DNA of 55,698 bases, counting the filler, from Platydemus manokwari (taxonomy: Eukaryota): NCBI GenBank assembly GCA_037951405.1. It is 5 parts of 5 records of this genome, joined end to end, with 100 filler letters (N's around TTAATTAATTAA, not from the genome) between each part and the next. Parts side by side here need not be neighbours in the genome. Positions count along the whole stretch, not along the records: positions 46,237 to 55,698 come from JBBMOY011246319.1; 4 more parts are not named here. One strand, written 5' to 3'. Within the stretch, counting starts at the first letter, position 1. Each line of letters opens with the position of its first letter. The notes under the pieces were generated by a model. It was given only the letters and a program-made list of their open reading frames with translations, was not told the origin of the DNA and did not search any database. Positions 50,290 through 55,698 of the stretch are shown piece by piece. The translations under genes and the position numbers were made by a program.

Positions 50290-53200
50290 TGATAAAGGAA
50301 TAGCAGAGTAGTATTAATATTTATTTATTTCAAAGTTACACCAATATCTAAGAGTATTTAAACAAAGACATACACACACTAAGATATATATTCCAAAAAG
50401 CCTGCGTCAAAGGAATTCAGGAATTTCGCTGGCTTCTAATGATGCTTTATTGCTTGTCAATACTTTTGATACTCGTATAATGTCCCTTCCTGCAACATCG
50501 TTTGCGATATTATCTTTATTTCTGATTTTCTTTACTTGATAATAGCTTCGTTCATTAATTTATTCATCTTTTGACTCTAAAGCTTATAAGCCGATCCATT
50601 TATTTTCTCTATAATCCTGATTGGGTCAAGAAATCTTTTACCAAAAAGTTTGTAAAACAGGTTTTAATATGGGTTTCAACTATCATTGTATCACTAACTG
50701 ATAATTCATGGAAATATTTCCCTCGGATATAGTATTTGGCTTGCGTCACAATCTTATCCTTATTTGTACTTCGTCAAAGATTTTCCCATGATAATTAATA
50801 AACTCTTCCATATTTTTCCTTTTATATGTACTTATTAATAAATAGCCGTGATTTTTTACCGAAAAGAATTTCAAATGTCGAATACTTCACTGATTTGTAA
50901 AGTGACATCTGTAATCCATATTAAACCTGTGTTATTACACCATTCCAGCATGAGCGATTCTTTAATGATGCTGTAAACACTGACTTAAAAGTTATCTCAA
51001 TTAGCTCATTTTAACTGCGCATAATATGGGGAAGATAATGTTTTCTTTGTAACTAAACTGACGCATAATCAATGTCTATTGAAAATTTTTTCCGTTGTCC
51101 CAGTGTATACATTCCGGATGTCCAAATCTCGGCCCACCTATCCCTTCCATAATGCCTTAGCTACATTTTCTAAAGTGATATGCCTTAATGAGATAAGAGA
51201 TACATATTTGGAAAATAATCTATAATATAAACCCTAGTATAAACACGTTACCTTCCTTTATTTCCGAGTATGGGCCTACAATATCGATAACAATAATTTA
51301 GAAATATTTCTAATTAATGATAGCGATTTAGCTCTATTTCTTTCATCAATTTCCTTAGCTGGTGGTAATTCAATATTCGAATACAGATATTTGTGAATAT
51401 ATTTTTTCCAGCTTGGCCAACAAAATTCTTTTTCAACAACTGCGTTCGTTTATCTACCCAGACATGTCCGAAATTTATAGATTATTTGAACACAAATTTT
51501 AATATCACAATGAGGGATTATATGCCGATAAATTCCATTTTTATAGGATAATGCGTCACCTCTAGCTCTCAAGTATTCCTTCTTTTTCCACATATATTGG
51601 AACATTCCATGCTGAATTAATTGGACCTATAATGTGTCGAGTCCAACATTCCATATATTAGATGTTTAACTTCTTTTTCTGACCCTATTGGAATTCTACA
51701 AGGTTTGGCATCTATTGGTTGATCAGTGGTTCTTTTATGTTTCACAATCTCATAAGTCTATTGAACCTGTGCTAAAATCGTTTCTGTGTAAGATTATTTT
51801 TATTCTCAGGATTCAGTTTATCATCTAAGTTCTGTTCAATGTTTTTTAATATTTCAACTAGTCTACTTTCTCTCTTTTGGAACATAATATTTACAACTCA
51901 ACTAAATTCCCAATGCCGTTCTTGTTTATTTCATTTATCTCTTCTACCCAACCTAAATTTATTCCAGTATAAATCTTCTTGTGCCATTCTCAATCTGCTT
52001 CGAAATTACCATATCACATCCATTATTTACTTTAAGCAACTTGACGGTTATTATCAAATCCTTATTCACTATATTTCTCTTTCTACTACAAAATAATACT
52101 CCAAAACACTATCCAATCTACTACTATTTCCGTCAACAACCATAGCTTTTACAAATTAATTATCATCTCCCAACAGTGCATCATTCGGTAATATTGCTCG
52201 TTTATTATTCTGAATACCCGCTTTTATTTCCGTTGCATTCGGACTCTTGAACTCGACCTCGAACCTCTTAAAGATTCTACCTAGGATTTAGAAACAAAAC
52301 TATCTCAATCACTTTTATATTAATTCAATCTTTACTCTGTACGACAGAAATTCCATCCGTCTTAATATAACGTATTCCAATAAAAAATTTTGGGAATAGT
52401 TCTGGCACTATATCAAAATATTGAAATAGTTCTTCTCGACCAATTTCAACTTTTAAAAAAGCCCGTCCTGAGTGTTTTATTATTGATCCATTTTCACATC
52501 TAATAATGATAGTATAATTCCTCATTTTTATTGAATCATCATTTTCATTAGTCTTTTCATTAGTCTAAATCTTCGCTTATTATAATGAGCTCAGCTTCGG
52601 TGTCAAACAGTTATCGACTTTCTTATCCTTATTCGTTATAACCGTATTTACTTTTGTCAAAATTCGGCTTGTTTTAGCGCCTTGCTTATTCACAAACTGA
52701 ATAATTGTCTTCGATCGAATTAAGTTGATTATGTCCGGAATTTCTTGACTTAGCTTGTGTCAGTCACACATATTCAATATCTTAAAATCTTTTTTAGAAA
52801 GTGTATCTAAGCTCAATATAGTGTCCTCTTTTGACGTGATTCTTCTTTCTTCAGTATTTAAATATTTGACATTCTTGACATTCTAACGACCACCACATTG
52901 AAAACATTCAACTGTTCTGCAGAACGACCATAATGTCCTTTTTGCTTACATTTGAAACCAACAACGTCATTCATTGATTTCTCTTGCAATTTCAACTTCT
53001 AAGAGTTTCGGCGCTCATTTAATCTGGCAGTGTTTTGCTTGAGCCTTAAATTTTCAGCCTTTAATCTTCCAATGATGTTCTTTTTTTCTGATTTCATGTG
53101 TTACAGGTTCTACCGCATATCCAAAATTAGAATTCTGGCTTTGAGATATATTTTTCTTCCTTGATAAGTCTAATGGTTTCATCTATAGTCTTGGAGTTTA

Positions 53201-53700
53201 GTTGCTTAGGCCTAAATTTATAATAATATTTAAGATGCACTTTAATGAATATCTTTTTCAAAACTTTTTTCTCCTTTTCACTATTGATTCTAACCACCGA
53301 AATTTTAACTCTTTTTGAAGATTATTGGATGGGCTCCGACGGTTGTTGATAAGATGTCTTGATCATCATATATGCTTTCATTGCTGATTTTTTGTCTTGT
53401 ACATATTGACAAGAATTATCTTGATTTAAGAAAAATCTCCTATATAACTATTCGGCTTTTAATTCCGACTTTATTCCAGAATCTACATAATTTAATATAA
53501 ACTTCTTTTTCGGATTATCCGGAATTTACATTGCTTCTCCATATTTTTCAACAGATAAAAGAAATTCTTCGACATTTTCACCATTAAAAATAGCTCGTTC
53601 CTTGAAAATAATCGAGCTATTTCTTATTCTGGTAGTGAAGTCATTTAATAAAGAAATAAAGTTAAATAAACTCATTTTTCATAATATAACATCTTTCAGA
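50290..53700 (-). mobile_element. Heavily decayed Ty3/Gypsy element (gag, protease, integrase; RT core and RNase H missing)
   Basis: Knuckle-like FKCKQKGHY (~52930-52960); protease LFDTEA (~52600) and IRCENGS; RT N-terminal PCRIP..SAWNVPI (~51590-51710); integrase-like IIVIDIVGPYSE, FGHPECIHWDNG and FEILFG segments. Confidence 0.75.
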
Positions 53701-54079
53701 TATCTTTGATACCGTTACAAATTCATATTGAACTCATCACAACTAGTTTTTTAAGGATTATTGTTGTGCATAATTGCTCAATCTTACAAACTTTATAAAT
53801 TATCTCATGGAACCTGACTTTATTGTTGATTAAATCTTCTTGATCTTGCAATCATTTTATTATTTGTCTTTTGCACAGAAAGTTTGGCCCAACTAATTAA
53901 ATTTTCAAGTACTCGTTTTTCAGGTTTGATTTTAATTCTTGAAAATTTAATCAACCTGAAGACTTAGTTCATCTAGGGAAAATATTCATGAAATATAAGT
54001 ATCCCTCTAGAGGATTTTTTAAACTTAGTATCATGTTCACAGATTGTTGTGTTCAATTATTTGGTACTAATACCACTTT

Positions 54080-54395
54080 TGGCTTAAAACTTTATTTATT
54101 CTAGTACTTCCATCTGTCTCCATTTACCGTTGAGTGAAACAGGCGTATCTGTCGTAACATCTTTTGCCTCTATATAGGAATTTTGCTCAAATCATCCAAC
54201 ACCCTTAAAAACTTTATCATAGCCCACTACAAACTTCTATATACACTGGCATATGTTGACGACACAGTTGTGCTTGCAAACTCAGTTGGAAACCTTAAAA
54301 ATATATTATATCACATTTATTACCTGGCTAATACTATTTTCTTAAATTCAATACCAATAAAACCCTTACCATCGAAAATGAATCTATTCTCATAG
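54080..54395 (+). mobile_element. Non-LTR retrotransposon RT fragment
   Basis: LYTLAYVDDTVVLANSVGNLKNIL resembles the LAYADDLVLLA.S...L motif of LINE-type RTs. Confidence 0.65.
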
Positions 54396-55429
54396 TCGAT
54401 AATGAAAACATTTATATGTATCTCAGAATACCTTTTTGGCCTTTCTAGACAGACTCCCATTCTTCAGAATATCTTGGATTACTTTTAAGGCAATTTAAAT
54501 TTATCCAAGAAATTCCAGGAATATAATATTTTTTTGATTCTAGTCCCCTTATATACTTCCGGATCCAACAAATGTAAATTCACTTAAATAGCTTTAAGCA
54601 CTTTAATTAATTGCGCTGGGAAATCCAAAATTCCGGTCTTTGATAAAAAATTTCGTTTCATTCACTTGAGATCTTACTCATGAATGGCTCCCAAGCCTCG
54701 AATATCATGCCTGAAATTCCCCCGCAAACTCCGGTGGTCTTGAAATCTTCCCAGCTTTACTTGAATTATATTTTCAAAGCATTGTTTACTAACTTTAATT
54801 TCTTACTAGTGTTGAACTTAATTTTCGTGACTTCAGAATCTCATACTTCATATACATTCTTAGGAAACGCCTTTACTCATCCTAAAAAATTGACGTACAC
54901 TTCGTTATCTCCTGAATTAGTGATAAGATCCTATTTTCCCAACACCAATTCTTTATCATCATATCAATGTATAATAACTAACCACTTCTATTTCCATTCT
55001 CAATCAATCCTTACAAGATCTCCTGCAGTGTATCACAATGTCTTCATTGTAAACAAATTTATTTTCCTGCCAGACAGCAATAACACTACATTTTCTGTGA
55101 AGCCTCAAAATTTTGTTGCTCCCGAAGATAAATGGCCGAAATATAGTGAAGCTCAAATTAAAAATTGAAATCAAAATAACCAGTCATCGTGAAGGACTTT
55201 CATACCTCATATTGAAGGCCATAATTATGTTAAATAAATATTAGTTTTGTTTCGTTTCAATTTCGCATTTCAATCATGTATTTCATTTCATGATTCCAAA
55301 TTGAAAATTTTCTAACATTTGGAATATTCTAAGTTTTATTTGTCTCCATGTTAATTACGAAATTTCGTACAGTTATAAACTAATTTTTTACAAAGTTGGA
55401 AAAAGCGGTCCTAAAATAAAATTTTTAAT

Positions 55430-55698
55430 TTGTAGGTTATAATACGTTTTGGGGTCACTCTCTTTTGTGATTTATTATCTTTTATTTTTATTGGTCGATT
55501 CTACGACTTAATCAGTGCTCAGAGTCCGTTATTGACCCTCAGGTAGTATTTTGACCTTATGATTTATTTTCTTGTTCGCCTCGACGATCACTTCTTGTAT
55601 GACGATAAGTGGATCGGCGTCGATATCGATGTTGGTATTTAAACGTTAACTTTATCCTACTAATTTTAATGCTATTCACTTTCACTCGGTCCTCACTC
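55430..55698. repeat. LTR-like sequence running off the window
   Basis: Composition and T/C-rich tail resemble the other LTR-like segments; no ORF. Confidence 0.25.

Noticed and set aside
54680-55168. 162-aa + strand ORF
   Set aside because: No recognisable motif; lies in retroelement-like debris and is probably an antisense or chance ORF.
1-55698. CRISPR arrays, prokaryotic operons or defence systems, rRNA/tRNA genes, alternative genetic code
   Set aside because: None seen. Spliced host genes translate cleanly with the standard code, and in-frame stops are confined to decayed elements and pseudogenes.

Overview
Very AT-rich eukaryotic (animal) genomic scaffold. Short (~44-55 bp) GT-AG introns, a C-type lectin/PAN gene and the Gypsy+mariner repertoire suggest a flatworm such as a planarian; this is an inference. 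The window has five contigs joined by 100-bp artificial gaps (44 N + TTAATTAATTAA + 44 N). Host genes: a two-exon Ly6/uPAR (three-finger)-like protein with a signal peptide and C-terminal RDEL (11844-13682, +); the last two exons of an RP2/XRP2 orthologue (15303-17762, +); a C-type lectin-PAN/apple gene (28242-28994, +) with a pseudogenised tandem paralogue (20582-21150); the 3' ~three quarters of CKAP5/ch-TOG/XMAP215 (34914-45417, -); and a 72-aa secreted six-cysteine peptide (47153-47415, +). The rest is mostly decayed Ty3/Gypsy elements (one with an env-like ORF), LTR-like pieces, mariner fragments, a non-LTR RT fragment and a 197-bp fold-back palindrome. Most notable: the putatively ER-retained three-finger protein, the symmetric-cysteine helical-hairpin peptide, the env-bearing Gypsy, the degenerate TOG4 tubulin-binding face, and the lectin bracketed by inverted repeats.
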